Source of the DNA: Lama glama
Taxonomy: Eukaryota
Direction: 5' to 3'
NCBI GenBank assembly: GCA_028534125.1
Contig: CM052817.1
Location: forward strand, 15,254,001 to 15,318,000
DNA: 64,000 nucleotides
A program made the position numbers and the translations under genes. Position 1 is the stretch's first letter; each line of letters opens with the position of its first letter. Shown here in pieces: positions 39,601 through 53,094 of this stretch. Under the pieces are notes generated by a model. That model saw only the letters and a list, made by a program, of their open reading frames with translations. It made no database searches and had not been told where the DNA came from.

Positions 39601-42600
39601 GGACTATCTATCCATTTATTTAGATTTTTAAAAATATTTTCATTAAAGTTTAACAGTTTTACCTATATAGATCCTGTGTTTTGTTAAATGTGTACCTAAA
39701 TATTTTATTTTTGATAATGTAAATGACATTGTATTTTACTTTCAAATTCCAATAGTTCTTTGCTAGTATAATGGAAAGCAATTGAGTTTTGTATATTAAC
39801 TCTGTATCCCATGACCTTGCTATAATCATTTATTAGGCTCTGAATTTTTGTCAGTTCATTGGGTTTTCCTACATAGACAATTTGTCACCTATGAAAAAAA
39901 AAGAGACAGTTTTCTTTATTTCTGATCTGCATATCTTTGTTATCTTACCTTATCTTGTTGCATTAGGTAGGACTCTAGTACAATGTGGGAAAAGAGTGGG
40001 GAGAAGAGAACATTTTTCCCTTATTCCTGATCTTAAGGGAAAATTATCTTGATGACTCACTGTTAATTATGATGTTAGCTGGAGTTAGTTCGTAGGTGTT
40101 ATTTTTGAAAGTGAGGAAGTTACCTTCTATTCTTTCTTTCTTGAGAGTTTTTATCATGAATGCATATTGAATTTTGTCCAATGAGTTTTCTGCCTCAATT
40201 GATATGATTTTTCTTCTTTAGCCTATTGATATGGTAGATTACATAAATTGATTGTCAAATGTGGAACTGGCCTTGCATAACAGGAATAAATCCCACTTTG
40301 TCATTTTGTATAATTCTTTTTGTAGAATGTTGAATTCCATTTGCTAATATTTTATTGATGATTTTGCTCTATGTTCATGAAAGCTATTGACATGTAACAT
40401 TATTTTTTGTAAATGTCTTTATCTGGTTTTGGTATTAGTGTAATGCTGGCATCAGAGTTAGGAAATGTTCCTTCTGTTTCTGTTTTCTGGAAGACATTGT
40501 AAAGAATTGAAATTGTTTCTTTCTTAAAAATTGGTAGAATTCATCAGTGAAACCATTTTGGTCAGGTGCTCTCTGTTTTAGAAGATTGTTAATTATTTGT
40601 TAAATCTCTTTGATAATTAAAGGCCAATTTGATTATTTTTGTATTCGTAAGAGTTTGGGTAGTGTGTGTCTCTCAAAGAATTGGTCCATTTCATCTAAAT
40701 TACCAAATTTTGGGACCTAGAGTTGCTCATAAGATTTCTTTATTGTCATTTTAATTGAGGAGGGCCCATGTGCATCTGTGGTGATGACACTTCATTCATG
40801 ATATCAGTAGTCTGTGCCTTAGTTCTCCTTTACTAGTCTAGCCAGAAGTTTATCAATTGTACTGATTTTTCAAACAGCATTTTGTTTTGTAAACGTTCTC
40901 TATTGATTTCCTGATTTTAATTTCAGTCATTTCTACTTTAGTTTTTCATATTTATTTTCTTCTATTTGCATTAGGATTAAATTGCTCTTCTTAGATTATT
41001 GATTTTAGATTTTTCTTCTTTTTTAATATATGCATTCAAAGCTATAAATTTCCCTTTGAACACTGCTTTTGTCGCATCACATAAATCTTAAGTTGTGTTT
41101 TCATTTTACTTAGTTCAAATTATTTTAAATTTTCTCATGAGGATTTTTTTTGAACTATGTGTTATTTGTGTTTTTTAAACCCCCCAAAGTTTGAGGTTTT
41201 CCAGCTGTCTGTCTGTTACTGAATTCTAGTTTAATTCCATTGTGGTCTAGAAACATACTTGGTATGATTTCTGTTGTTTTAAATTTGTTAAGGTGTTTTT
41301 ACGACCAAGATGTCAACTATCTTGGTGAGTGTTGCATTTAAGCTTGAGAAAAATGTGTATTTTACTGTTGTTAAATGAAATATTCTCTAGATATTAAATA
41401 GATCCTATTGACTAGTGGTGGTGTTCATTTCAACTCTACCTTTTCTGATTTTCTGCAGGCTGTATCTATCAGTTACTGAAAGAAGGGTAATGAAGTCTAC
41501 AACTCTAGTAGCAAATTTATTTCTGTTTGCTTTTCAATCAGTTTTTACCTTATGTATTTTGATGACATGCATGCTAATGATTGTTATGTCTTCTCGGAGA
41601 ATTAACCCCATTTATAAATATATAATACTCTAACAATTTTTCTTATTCTGAAGTTTGCTTCATCTGAGATTAATATAGGATTTCCATTTTCTTTTGATTA
41701 ATGTTAGCATGGTACATGTTTCTCCATCCTTTTTCTTTTAACCTGTGTCTTTATATTTAAAGTGGGTTCTTGACAAACTTATGATTACCAGGAGTTAAAG
41801 GGGCTGGGAAGGGATAAATTGGGAATTCGAAAATTGCAGACTTTTTCTTTGTCTTTGGCTTACTGTTATTTGAATATTGTTTGCCTACACGTAGGGATTT
41901 CTTTTGCTTATTTTTTATATTTTCCTTGTTTGGTGTTATTTGAGCTTCCTAGATCTGTTATTTGGAGTCTGCCATTAATTCTGGAAAGTTTTCAGGCATT
42001 ATTAATTCAAAAAATTCTCCTGCTTTTTCTCTATCATTCTTCTCCTTCTCATATGTAATAATTATGCATATGTAACAGTTTCATGAGTGTCCCACACTTT
42101 TTGTACATTCTGTTTCACGTTCTTTTTTGTTGTTGTTTTTACTTTGCATTTCATTTGAGAAGTTTCTATTCACATATCTGCAAGCTTACTGATTCTTTCT
42201 AGTCTACTGGTTATTTAAATTTCCTACCTGATAGCTCCCAAATCTGTGTTCATGCCTGAGACTGCTGCTGATGCTTGTTTTGACTCCTCAGTGGGCTTTT
42301 TTCTTGCCTTTACTATACTTCGTACTTTTTTCGTTGAAAGCTAGATATGATATATTGAGTAATAATGACTGTGGTAAAGACATCTTTATTGTGAGGTTTT
42401 ATATTAATCTAGCTAGGAGCTAGAATGTACTTAATGCTTTCTGTATATCTCAGTGCTAACGGCTACAGCTTCCTTCAGTGTTCTCCTTTATTTCTCTCCC
42501 TCCTCTGTTGTCCCTGGGTTTCTCTAAGAGCGTCTGCTTGACGTTAGTCTGTATCTTCCAGCTCTTTCGGTTGTAATCCACTGTAATTACACCAGAGCCC

Positions 42601-43325
42601 TGTCTGTGTGGTGGTAAGGACTAGGATAGGGGAAATATTCTATAACATTATGATTAATTCTCAGTGTCTTATTTGGACTGAATCCCTGGGTTGTGACCTT
42701 CAGAAGTGTTTCTGAATCTTTTCTTCCCCTCCTCTAAGTGAGTCAGGAAAGCTGCCGAGGGATGGGATTTCCTGATTGCCCTTCTTCCAGGGAGGCAAGG
42801 CTGTTTTATGCAGGTGTCCTCGGAGAGCAGACTTTTGTTTTGAAGGATGTTCTGGATATATTTCAAATGGTTTTTTTTTTTATCACCAGCCCCCCTGCCT
42901 AAAATCCAAGGGGATGTTTCTTGGCTTTTTAATTCAAGAACATGATGGGGTTCCTGGAGGTAAATCCCATGAAAATATATGTTTGTGGGTGAGGAGTGGA
43001 GGGGTTTAAGATTGCAGACCGTAGGAGTTTCTCATTCCCACACTAGGCCACACTCAGCCTTCAGCAATTTGTCAGAATTACTTTTCAAGCATTCCTACCA
43101 CTTTATGGCTCCAGTGGCTTCTGCTACAGGTCAGGTGATCTTGGCTGTGATTTTCTGTATTCTCTTGTCTCTCCAGTTTTGAGGGTGGCAGTTTTCTCTA
43201 TGACCTCAAATCTGATGGGTCTAAGAAAAGTCACTGATTTTCAGTTTGTTCAGCCTTTTTCTTGTTGTAAGGATGAAAGTGATGACTTCCAAGCTCTTAA
43301 CATATTGGAGCAGAAACCAGAAGTC
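36675..43325 (-). mobile_element. Near full-length degenerate L1MC-type element (3'UTR, ORF2, partial ORF1, 5'UTR)
   Basis: Continuous reverse L1: 3'UTR ~36675-38300, ORF2 ~38300-41772 (TTTATATTTAAAGTGGGTTCTTG is the EN QETHF region), ORF1 ~41841-42350, 5'UTR to AGCAGAAACCAGAAGTC at ~43325. Confidence 0.85.
41773..41840 (+). mobile_element. 68-bp internal fragment of a young camelid L1 3'UTR
   Basis: ACAAACTTATGATTACCAGG...GGGATAAATTGGGAATTCGAAAATTGCAGA matches 60120-60187 and the reverse of 13135-13203. Confidence 0.85.
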
Positions 43326-44499
43326 TTGCTTTTGTTTTGCAAAGGTATTTTCACCAGATATAAAATTCCCAGTTGGCAGTTTCTTCCCTCAGTGCTTTAA
43401 AGATGTTCCACCATCCTCTCACTTGATTTGTTTCCGATGAGAAATATATTCTCATCCTTATCTTAGAACATAGAAGGAGAAATAAAACAAGCTGAGGTCT
43501 GAGAAGAGGGAGAAAAATCACACAAAACATTTATTTAAAGATGAATTACCACATCTAGAACAAGAAAGATAGGCTAATATATCATTTTGAGGAGGACAAC
43601 TCTGGCAGATTAGCTGCTAGACTTGTGGAGATTTTGTCACCTTAGATACATTTTGGGTCCACACGATTGAGTAAAAAATAAAGTTTATACAGTTTTCTTC
43701 CCATGCCTTCATGGGTAAGACGTGGAGAGCCACTGTTAACCTGGGGAAGCAGGGCACTCTTCTAAAAGAAGTGATACAGAAATGAATAATCAAATATGGT
43801 CAGTTTTAGAAGCAGTTTCAATAAATCAAACATTCCAACTCTAACTTTAAGAACGTGGCAGAAGAAATGACAGACATGACAGTGGTATTAAAAACTCCGG
43901 TTTTCCTTGACAGAGAAAAAGCAGAATCCTATAAATCAAGTATAAACTAAATAGTACTTAATCACAGTTGAAACTTGGGAAGGAAGCAGAGATGCCTCAA
44001 AGAATTTGGGATTTTTTAAAAATTCTTGCATTAGATGATATTTCCAATTATTTACCTATGAATGAATTTCCTCCATTACAGGATTAAGTCCCAGAGACTT
44101 AAAAGAAACTCATGGGCATAGCTTCTTAGACCAGCAACATTAAAGGGCACAGCACGTTTTATCCAACCATTCGTGGCCATTCTTTTAATGAGTTAAGTGC
44201 ACACCATGTAGAATGCTTTCATGATATGCTTAATTTGTTATCACATTTTGCTTGATGGAAGGGAAAGTTTGACAAGGTCTCCACTTTGGCTTCCAAAAAC
44301 TTATACATTAAGATCAAACAAAACTGACAGAGAAAACCTAAACACTTTGGAGACATAATAAATATATTATAGCAATGTACGATCTGAGAGCAGAATATTG
44401 TAACAGGGGTCTGTAGCATGAAGGCAGCCAAGTGAGCAGTAATAAGTACAGAGTACAGCATTTCTCAAGAGGGAAAAGAATCTACATGCTTAGATTGGG

Positions 44500-44820
44500 C
44501 ATGCAAACCATGATTCTATTTGTAGGTAATTTTATTTATTCAACCAAAGTTATTGAAACTCTGATATATCACAAACATTTCACTGGGGAAAATAATGATT
44601 CTATGTCTATTGCTTTTTTTGCAAGGAGTTTACATTCTGAAGGCATAGATAGACTAGTAAAAAGGCAATTAAAGACAGAAGATTATGTTCCTTAATAGGG
44701 ATAGTTACAGGCTGCCATGAACATGCATAGGAAATCCCGTGTGAATGAGGAGGGAGGAGAGAAGGTCATCTAAATAGAAGAATGGATGCCAAAGTGAAGA
44801 ATTAAAAATATGCATATCTC
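44500..44820 (-). mobile_element. L2 3' end
   Basis: TTTATTTATTCAACCAAAGTTATTGAA tail; AAGGAGTTTACATTCTGA. Confidence 0.65.
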
Positions 44821-44824
44821 CCAC

Positions 44825-45345
44825 TACAGTATATTATATGTTTCAGGATGATGATAGGGAGTTTTATAAAGATTGTCCCATGTTTTCTAAAGCCCAGTCA
44901 CCATCAAACCATCTTTTCAAATTTATCCATGTCTTGTACCAACTGTACTGCTACTTAATATTGTTCTTGATATTTATTTACTTTTTTGTTTTAAATAGTC
45001 TTGCATAAAAAAGAAAGTTTATATTTCCAGTATAAATGAAAATCAATTATACAGAAAGTAACCATACAAAGGTGAAATAAAATCACAGTAATATTCTACA
45101 TAGTGTTGTGTTGCCTAGAGAAGTCTGACTATAAGAAGATGGGCAAGAATTTAAGATGTATTAAAGATGGACAGAATTAAACTGAGAATTTCTCCCTGAC
45201 TTAATCTGAAAGACTGAAAGAATTGAGATGACTATATCTTTCTATTTGATTGGAAGTTTATGTACCACAAACTAAACTGATTACATGTACCTGCTAAAAT
45301 TATAAGTTACAAAGTAAGCGTTCCACATTTTGGGAAAGGCTGGGA
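44825..45345. mobile_element. Probable hAT-Charlie fragment
   Basis: Ends in CACATTTTGGGAAAGGCTG, similar to Charlie TIR ends; AT-rich interior. Confidence 0.4.
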
Positions 45346-45939
45346 TATACACAACAAACATTTAGGAGGAGTATGGGAAATCTTAAAGCTAAAAGCAGGA
45401 GAGAAAGTCAAGAAGTCCCAGCTTTCTTTTTTAATAAAAAACATATTATTTTTATTGGAAGTTAGACATCTAGTCCAGCCACATATTGAGTATCAGGATT
45501 CATCTACTAGCATCTGTGTATTTTCAGGTTACATTCCGACCTTTCCACTATTAGATCGTGTATCATTATATTGAATTGAAGTCAGGCTGTATGTAATTCC
45601 CAGACACTGGTTCTAACTTCCTGAGTGACTCACAGTCCCTTGGGGTTGACGAAGTGTAATTCCTGTTATACTGGATATAAATTCACCTGTATCTCTCTCA
45701 ATAACAAATGAACAGAAGTATGCTGTAAGAATAGCCCCAATCTTCTCTAGTTTATAACAAGTAAGACTCAATCCCAGACTTGTGGTTTTTAATTATTTTT
45801 AGTCCTTTGGGATTCACTTACCAACTGGAAAACACTGTGTCCCATGGGGAGATATGCGGGAGAGCTGTAGTTCCAGGGCGCAAAGCAAGTCTATTTTTGG
45901 TTTCTCACTGCTTTATAAGGATCTGGAGATCACTATCGT

Positions 45940-46320
45940 TTCCCCCTAGGTTTCCCTTTTGCAGTATAAACATCCTCAGATACTTCAAGCTCTGATTTGG
46001 AGTTTGTTTTTATTACCCTTATCACTTGGATTGTCCTCATTTTGTGGACCTGGGTTTGCTGTCTCTCTCATATGTGTGGCCCCCAGAATGAACCCCAGTT
46101 CTGCAGCTGCTGTATGGCCAGGGTAGCGCTCGAAATAGCTGCCGCTTCTGGGGAGCTCTATCATCTCCTTTGGTCACTACTGTCTAATATTACATGTGAT
46201 CATCTGAGCTACCACATTTCACTGTTAGCTTGTATAGAAATTGCAGTCAATGGAAATGTTAAATCTTTTCTTTTCTTTTCTCTCTTTTTCCATGTGAGTT
46301 GTTGGTTTTCAACAGCTCGT
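45940..46320 (-). mobile_element. L3/CR1 LINE fragment
   Basis: CCCAGAATGAACCCCAGTTCTGCAGCTG...GGCCAG and CCACATTTCACTGTTAGCTTGTAT resemble the reverse CR1 RT C-terminal region. Confidence 0.65.
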
Positions 46321-46549
46321 TTAGGATAAACTTGGTTCCGTGTCTGCTGGAATTTTCATATAAGAAATGGGAAACAAGTAGAGGAAGGCTGACAAAAGGG
46401 CTGCAGATAAAAGAAAAGAAAAGAAATTTCAAGTGTGGCACATATAATTCAATTGTATACGTATGCAATGTGCATTAAAATATAACTATCAAAGAAATCT
46501 CTCATTTCACAGATATTTTTAGTTAGGATGAGTCTATGTTTAAAAAGGT

Positions 46550-47270
46550 AATTTAATCATTAGCTGTCAGGAAAATGCAAATCAAAATCACAATGAGATA
46601 GTACTTTACACCTGCTAGGACTGCTGTAATCAAAAAATCAGACAATGTGAAATATTGGTGAATATGTGGCAAAATCAGTACCCTCACATACTGCTGATGA
46701 AAATATAAAATGGTACAGAAATTTTGCAAAACAGTCTGACAATTCCTCAAAAGACTAAACATAGAGGTACCATTTGACACAATTTTACTCCTAGACATGA
46801 AAAATAAGAAAAAATAGAAACTTGTACATGTATGTTCATAGCAGTATCATGCATATTAGCCCCAAATGGAAATAACTCAAATGTCTGTCAACTGTTCAAT
46901 GATAAAATAAACATCTCTACAATGGAATACTATTCAGCAATTAAAAATATTAAAGTACTGATAAATGTTACAACATGGATGAAGCTTGAAAACATTATAT
47001 TAATTAAAAGAAGTCAGTCACAAAAGACCACATATTATGTGATACCATTTATATTAAATATCTAAAATAGACAAAAATACAGACAGGGAAGGTGGTTTCA
47101 GGGAGACTGGTTGATGAGAAATAGTGACTGTTAATAGGTACAGGATTTCTTTTGGGGATAGTAGAAATGTTTTAAAATTGATTTCACAGCTCTGAATGTA
47201 CTAAAAAGCATCGAGTTGCACACTTTAATTGAATAAATTGTATGCCATATGAATTATATCTCAAAAAGTC
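46550..47270 (+). mobile_element. L1MB-type 3' end
   Basis: GGAAAATGCAAATCAAAATCACAATGAGATA; ORF 46832-47065 encodes L1 ORF2 C-terminal remnants (MEYYSAIK, TTWMKLENI). Confidence 0.88.
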
Positions 47271-47359
47271 ATACAAAGTTATTTTTAAATTGATATATAA
47301 TATATTAAATAACATACAAGTATATTATATATATAAATTAAGTGAATGCATAGTACACA

Positions 47360-47840
47360 TTTGCACCAGTTTAGAGATGTTTCACTGCAAGTGAGAGAAA
47401 ACTCAAATGTTCTAAACAAGTAGATATTGACATTTATACATAAGGAATTTCTGGTTGTAGGTGGTTTCGGATCTTTGTTCACTTGCTTGAATTATATCAA
47501 CAAGGACCCAAGTGTCCTTATGTTTTTCCATTTCTTAGATGTCAGTGGTTCATTCTTAAACTTATTACCTCATGGTTGCAAAGTGTCTGCCACATATGAG
47601 AATGCTCCAGGTTGTCCATACATTGTCTCCTTCCTGTTCACTTGAATGAGAGAAAAAGAGTTTGTAAATCTATAAATGTGAGTCACTGCTCAAAGGGAGC
47701 CCATCCAAGAGGACAGCCTAACCACGAATATCCACAGTGGACTTAGAATGGAAAATACAGCTTTGTTTTCTAAGCTACTGAGCCTTAAAATTTTAATTTT
47801 TTCCATGACATCCTGTCACCTTCTTTGACTAATGCAGCAT
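47360..47840. mobile_element. Old MLT1 LTR pieces (minus ~47360-47690, plus ~47695-47838)
   Basis: TGCAAGTGAGAGAAAACTCAAA...CAAGGACCCA...CATGGTTGCAA (reverse); CTAAGCTACTGAG...TGACTAATGCA (forward LTR end). Confidence 0.55.
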
Positions 47841-48147
47841 GGGAAACATGATTAGGGAGGAAGTTCTTTCACTGGGCTCCTTTATGTCACGAGTGTGGGC
47901 TTTGCCAAAATTTTACCACTTTGGTCACTGAAAGGATTTTTTTCTTTCTGGAGTAATGAAGAAGATAAAGCTTGTTTCTCCTACTCCTCCCCACTTTCTA
48001 TTTTGCAGGTATCATTTTTTCTTTATTAATAGAGCCTAGCTACTAGAACATTGCACAGAATCTAGAAGACACACAATAAGCAAATGGTGGAAGAAAAAAG
48101 GGAGAAAGGAAGGTGATAATGGAGATGGGTTGAGCACATCAAAGCAG

Positions 48148-48370
48148 GAGAGCATGGTGGCAAGAGCATCAGCACCAGAGCCAGTTGTCTGGGTTCAAAA
48201 TCCAGTTCTTTCATTTACTAGCCTTTTGGCCTTGGATCAATCACCTCTCCATGCTTTTGCTTCCTCGTTTCTAAAATAGTGAAAATTATTTTGAGGAAGT
48301 GGGGTATATGCTTTGGAACAGAATTTGGCATGTGGCAATGTTACGCAGGTGTTAGCTATTGTTATTATGA
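48148..48370 (+). mobile_element. MIR SINE, near full length
   Basis: GAGCATGGTGGCAAGAGCA...CTGGGTTCAAAATCCAGTTCT...GTTAGCTATTGTTATT. Confidence 0.85.
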
Positions 48371-48559
48371 TATGAACCTCAAAATACTCTTCCTATCCTA
48401 ACTCCAGTAGAATACCCCATAGGGTTGCTTGTAAATCAGTCTCTCCCTTATTACACCAATAAAGCCATACTCTAAAATGGATAATGAAAATAATACTTCT
48501 AAAATTCTAACCCATGTATGCACATTTCCCTTTCTTCAGTCTCTCTGCAATTAAAACTA

Positions 48560-50260
48560 AGTTGTCAGGTTTAGGGTTTCCAGAAAAAAAGAGAGAGAGA
48601 ATAAGCCAGGTAGAAGTCATTGCCAGAGAGAGAGAAAAAGAAAAACTGGTCCTTCTGTCCAGGCAATTGTGGGAAGGAGAAGAAAGAGTTAGTAGGAAAA
48701 AGTCTCCTGACCGTCCTTCAGGAGGAAAGAGGCATCGTAACCAAGGGAAATATAACCAAGGGAGGAGGTTTGATGAGTTCCTCCTTATACTCCTGGGAGA
48801 AGTTCTCTGTGTTGTGTGGCCCTTTTCCAACATGAAGAGGTGGAATAAGCAGTGGTGGGCCAGCGTGAGCCCCTGTTAATGACACAGAACTGGACAATGA
48901 GCTCCTGAGGGAAAAAGGCCTAATGAAGCATTTGTGGGGGGAAGGTGTGATGGGCCAGGGGATGTGAAGGAGAGTTGATGGAACAGTTGGGAAACTTAAC
49001 AGGGAACATTGCTGTGATAGGAAGATGTCACTGCATCGCTGAAGGCAGCTGAGCAGCGCTCAGGGTAGAGGTGGTCCAGTTGTCACAATCTGGACTCTGG
49101 AGACACCCCAGCACCAACAGGAGTGAGATGGGACTGAGAACCTGACCAAGTCAAGTGGACAGACCGCAAGAGCCCCAGGGGCCGACAGCAGCAGCGCATC
49201 TTGCCAGGAAGCCCAGGATGGGGCCAGATGTACGTTTCCAAAGATGCTTGACAGCGCTCACTCAGAGGCCAGCTGCCCGGATGTGGAGAACGGGAGCCAG
49301 AGGTGACTTATCACCTCTTTATCATTATAGTAGCCTGAAAGCTTTCTCCTTCTCTCAGATACTCTCTTGATAAGGAGCAAAGGAAGGGAGGACAGTCTCG
49401 ATGGGATAGTTGCAAGACAGAGATGGCTTAAATTGAGAAAGAGGGATATATTCTTAATTGGTAAGTTTTGTAACCTCCCTGACTATCCATTGGTCAGGGA
49501 CTCCTGAAAACAGATCAGATACTACAGAAAGATGAAGGTGTGCTTGTCATCCCCTTATTTGTTTGTTTGTTCTTTGACCTCTGTTATAATAATGAGGTAT
49601 ATTTAAAGTGCTTACCCCCACCTGCTGTATTTAACCTTCAGATTCACTTTATGGAAGACCAATAGACCTAAGTAACAGGACCTTTTGACATCTTTCTCAA
49701 GGTATCTGGATATTATCTTTTTCATCACCAAATGGGATGTAGTCCTGCTTTAAGTTAAGAGCCAGCAAAGCCTCCTGAGAGGAGCTAAAATAAAGGTATC
49801 GTGGGCGCTGCCTCTGTGGCAGAAGAGGGCTTGTCCCACGTGGAGGGACGAGAGGACCAGAGGAAGTGGCCGTTCACAGAGAAGACCTAAGCATGAGATT
49901 CTTCCTTCCCCAAATATTCTCTCCAGGATTCTTCTCTTACTGAGGTGAGGTGGAAACGGTGATGAGGACCCGCTCATTAGAAACCCAGAGTGGTGGCCCC
50001 CAGAGCAGGAAGCATGCCCACAGGGCAGGACCAGGCGGGCGTGTGGGGAGCAGCGGGGAGGCTGTGAGATGGAGAAGCTGCTTGGTCTCTGAGTATCTGG
50101 AGTGGAACGTGGAACTGCACTACAAAGACTGCTGCTTGAGGGAGATTTTCAATTTTTGAGGTAATCTAGAGATTTAATATTTGTTATATTATATTCTATT
50201 GATTAAACCTCGGTGATAAATTTGTGTTTCGTGTGTTTGCGAGCAGAGAGCTTTAAGATA
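48560..50260 (+). mobile_element. Possible ancient Gypsy-type LTR remnants (two GC-richer, purine-rich blocks, ~48560-49460 and ~49740-50260)
   Basis: Composition and the ending ATTAAACCTCGGTGATAAATTTGTGTTTCGTGTGTTTGCGAGCAGAGAG are reminiscent of MamGyp-type LTRs; weak recall only. Confidence 0.3.
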
Positions 50261-50499
50261 GCCTGGTAGATTTTATTTTCTCAGCTCAACTGGGTGGGGG
50301 CTTTATCAATTGAATTGTAAAAATCTCTTATAAAGTGATGCATTTTTAAATCACTATAATCTTAGAACATAGTTCTTATTGAAAACACTAAACTATTGAT
50401 ATGGCATTACCATCCAAATGATTATGATGCCAGGGATGTGTCATTTGAATGCATAGCAGTTAAACATTAGACTTGCCTTGGATCTAGTGAGTCTACTTT

Positions 50500-51005
50500 T
50501 TGAGATCTACTTCAAGGTTACAATATAAATTATGATAAAATTTTACAACATATAGGTTCTGGTATTAATACTAATAAAAAAAAAGCTGGAAACAATTTAG
50601 ATCATTTATATACACACACAACATATGTTATCAACTTTTTGCCCACATTTTACATATATGTACATTTATATGTGTACATATATATGTCATATGTGCACGC
50701 ATATATATTTATTTGCACATTTCTACAAATTTGTAAATATATATACATTAACATATAGGTATATTATATCTTATATATGTGTATATGTATTAATATCTAT
50801 CTGTTTATATGTAGGTCTGTATAGACATATAAATAGACAGACAGATAGATAAATAGAGAAACAGAGACCAGAAAGAAATATATCAGAATTTTAACAATGA
50901 ACTGTGCTTGATGAACAGTTTTTGTTTTCTTTATACTTGTCTTTTTTTTTCATCTAAATTCACAATATTTAGCAAGCAATAATTTTGTAATCAGAAAAAA
51001 GGCAA
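50500..51005 (+). mobile_element. L1ME 3' end with a low-complexity (TA/CA) tract
   Basis: AAATATATCAGAATTTTAACAATG...AATTTTGTAATCAGAAAAAA terminus. Confidence 0.6.
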
Positions 51006-52623
51006 CAACAAAGATCTTTTAAAAACGAACTCAGGGTACCACAACAGGGGCTTCTTCAGCCCACAGCTTCACCAAGAGTAGAAATGTAAAAACGAATGTG
51101 CCGAAGAACCCAGTGTCAAAGCCAGAGGCGGAATCATCCGTGGCAAGGAGCAGGGCCCTGAATAGCCACCTGCTTTGTCCCTCAACTCTTTGTTTTGCTA
51201 AAGCCAAGTCATTGTGAGTGTGAGAGGGTGAAGACAGAAGGGTGACATTTCATAAACAGACAGAAAGGAAGTTGGAACAATTTTTGAGCGCTGACTGTGT
51301 CCTCCATCCAGCACTGTGGCAGGCGACCTCCCACCTGCCAGTTTGTTTCATCCTCACAACGCCCTGGGAAGCAGACGTCTCTCCTACTACATGAAATAAA
51401 GTACCGCACCCCAAAGCCACATAGCACAGAAAGTGGCAGAGGTGTTTTTCTTTGGTTGTTCTACTTCACTTGGAACAACAGGAAGAGGAGAGCAGTAGGT
51501 AGGCCTCATGCTTTGCTGCACTGGGAGGGAGTTTGCAACTACTGTGTGCATTTAGCTTTCATTCCCTTTTAACACTTCTTGAATGATCTCTTCTCCTTCC
51601 AGAAACTCCCTTCTGTCTAACAGGAGATGTTCTGATGCACCTATATGTGAATTTGTACTTACCATCGAAAAATGAATGAAATGAGACAGGATGCATTTAT
51701 TATACAAAGTGATTTCTTGTACTTGGCACGTGACTTATTGGTTCCTGTTAAATTTTGACTGAAGCTTATACGTGAAATAAATGTATATACTTTTTAACTG
51801 GTTTCCTTCCTAATCTGATTGAATTTTTTATTAAAAATCTAATGGCTAATAACTTTGATACTCAAAAGATTCACCTATTTTAGGTTCTAAAATATATCAG
51901 GCTGGATTTTATTTTGAATACCTTGTTCTTTCTAATGGCATTTCCCTAATATTAATGCTGAACTGAAACCAAAAATAGCAAGGGGGTGAAAACTCAAACT
52001 AGCAGGAGCTGAGAAGATCAGTGTAATCAGCAAATTAGGGCTATGTACAAATCATGCAATTGGCATCATGGGAGCAGCAAGGACCACGCCATGTGGAGAA
52101 GAGAACACTCGACGTTGATAACTTTGATTAGCATTAACATTGATCGCATAATTCAGTTACTTCCAGGATGTTTCATGATGCTAATAAATAAAAGATGACA
52201 TTCTTTGAGGATGGTGGCCTCTACAGCATTGTAGCCAGAGAAAACTGAAATGTGGGCTGGGGGTGTTCTTTCTTTCTCCAGAACTCTCTTGACTGATCTA
52301 TGACTGGGAAACCCAGATAGAGCGGTTTCTCAAACAAGGCAGAGATGGGAGAGATATTGCTAGAGGTCTCAGGGGATTTATGCAGCAACTAGTTTTGTTT
52401 TCAAGAGCTGGATCCTCCTCCATTTCTGTGCTTTTCCATCCTGTTTAACCCGGCCCCTCCAGCAAACCAGTATCTTCTCGATTTCCTGCTTATTTAACCC
52501 TAGATCATCCTGGACGGTATTCCATACCCTAGGTCTTGGTTGGTTTCTTTTCTCTCATACTAAATGAAATCCTCACCTACAGTTCTTCGTAAGTTCTAAA
52601 TATTTTTTATGTACCATATCCCA

Positions 52624-52672
52624 GAGCCTCTCTCCCTCTCTGTATATCTCTATCTCTATCTCTATCTCTCTC
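52624..52672. repeat. (TC)n/(TATCTC)n simple repeat
   Basis: TATCTC x4 within a TC tract. Confidence 0.85.
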
Positions 52673-53094
52673 AGTAAAATCCAAAGCAGTGAAAGAATTT
52701 CCTCAGATTGCAAGGTCAGATCCTCTGCTGACTTCAGCCTTGGTCTCTTTCTCTTACAACCTCACTATTCCAGCTCCTTTACTTCCTCATTCTCACGCAC
52801 TAACCGGCACTCAAGTGGTCATAATTGATAAAGAGTAAAGCATCACAGAAGCACAGAAATTCCTAATTAAAAGTCAGTTTCTAGTGAGCGGACCTGACAG
52901 TGATGCAGAGAGTAAACAGACCTTTCAGTGTTTATACCAAATCCATGTTCCTTGGATGCTTCCCCTGATAAGGAGTTTATGTCTTCTAGTTCCATCTTTG
53001 GACAGTCTTCTAAATCATTTCTTCTTAGTGAGTTGAAATCTGTCCCCGGAAACTTCTCCCTTATGATTCTAGCTCTGCCTATGGAGCCAAATGA

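Noticed and set aside
51655..51745. E-box CACGTGAC next to a CCAAT box and a minus-strand ATG|GTAAGT
   Set aside because: No CpG island or other promoter context, and short motifs are expected by chance
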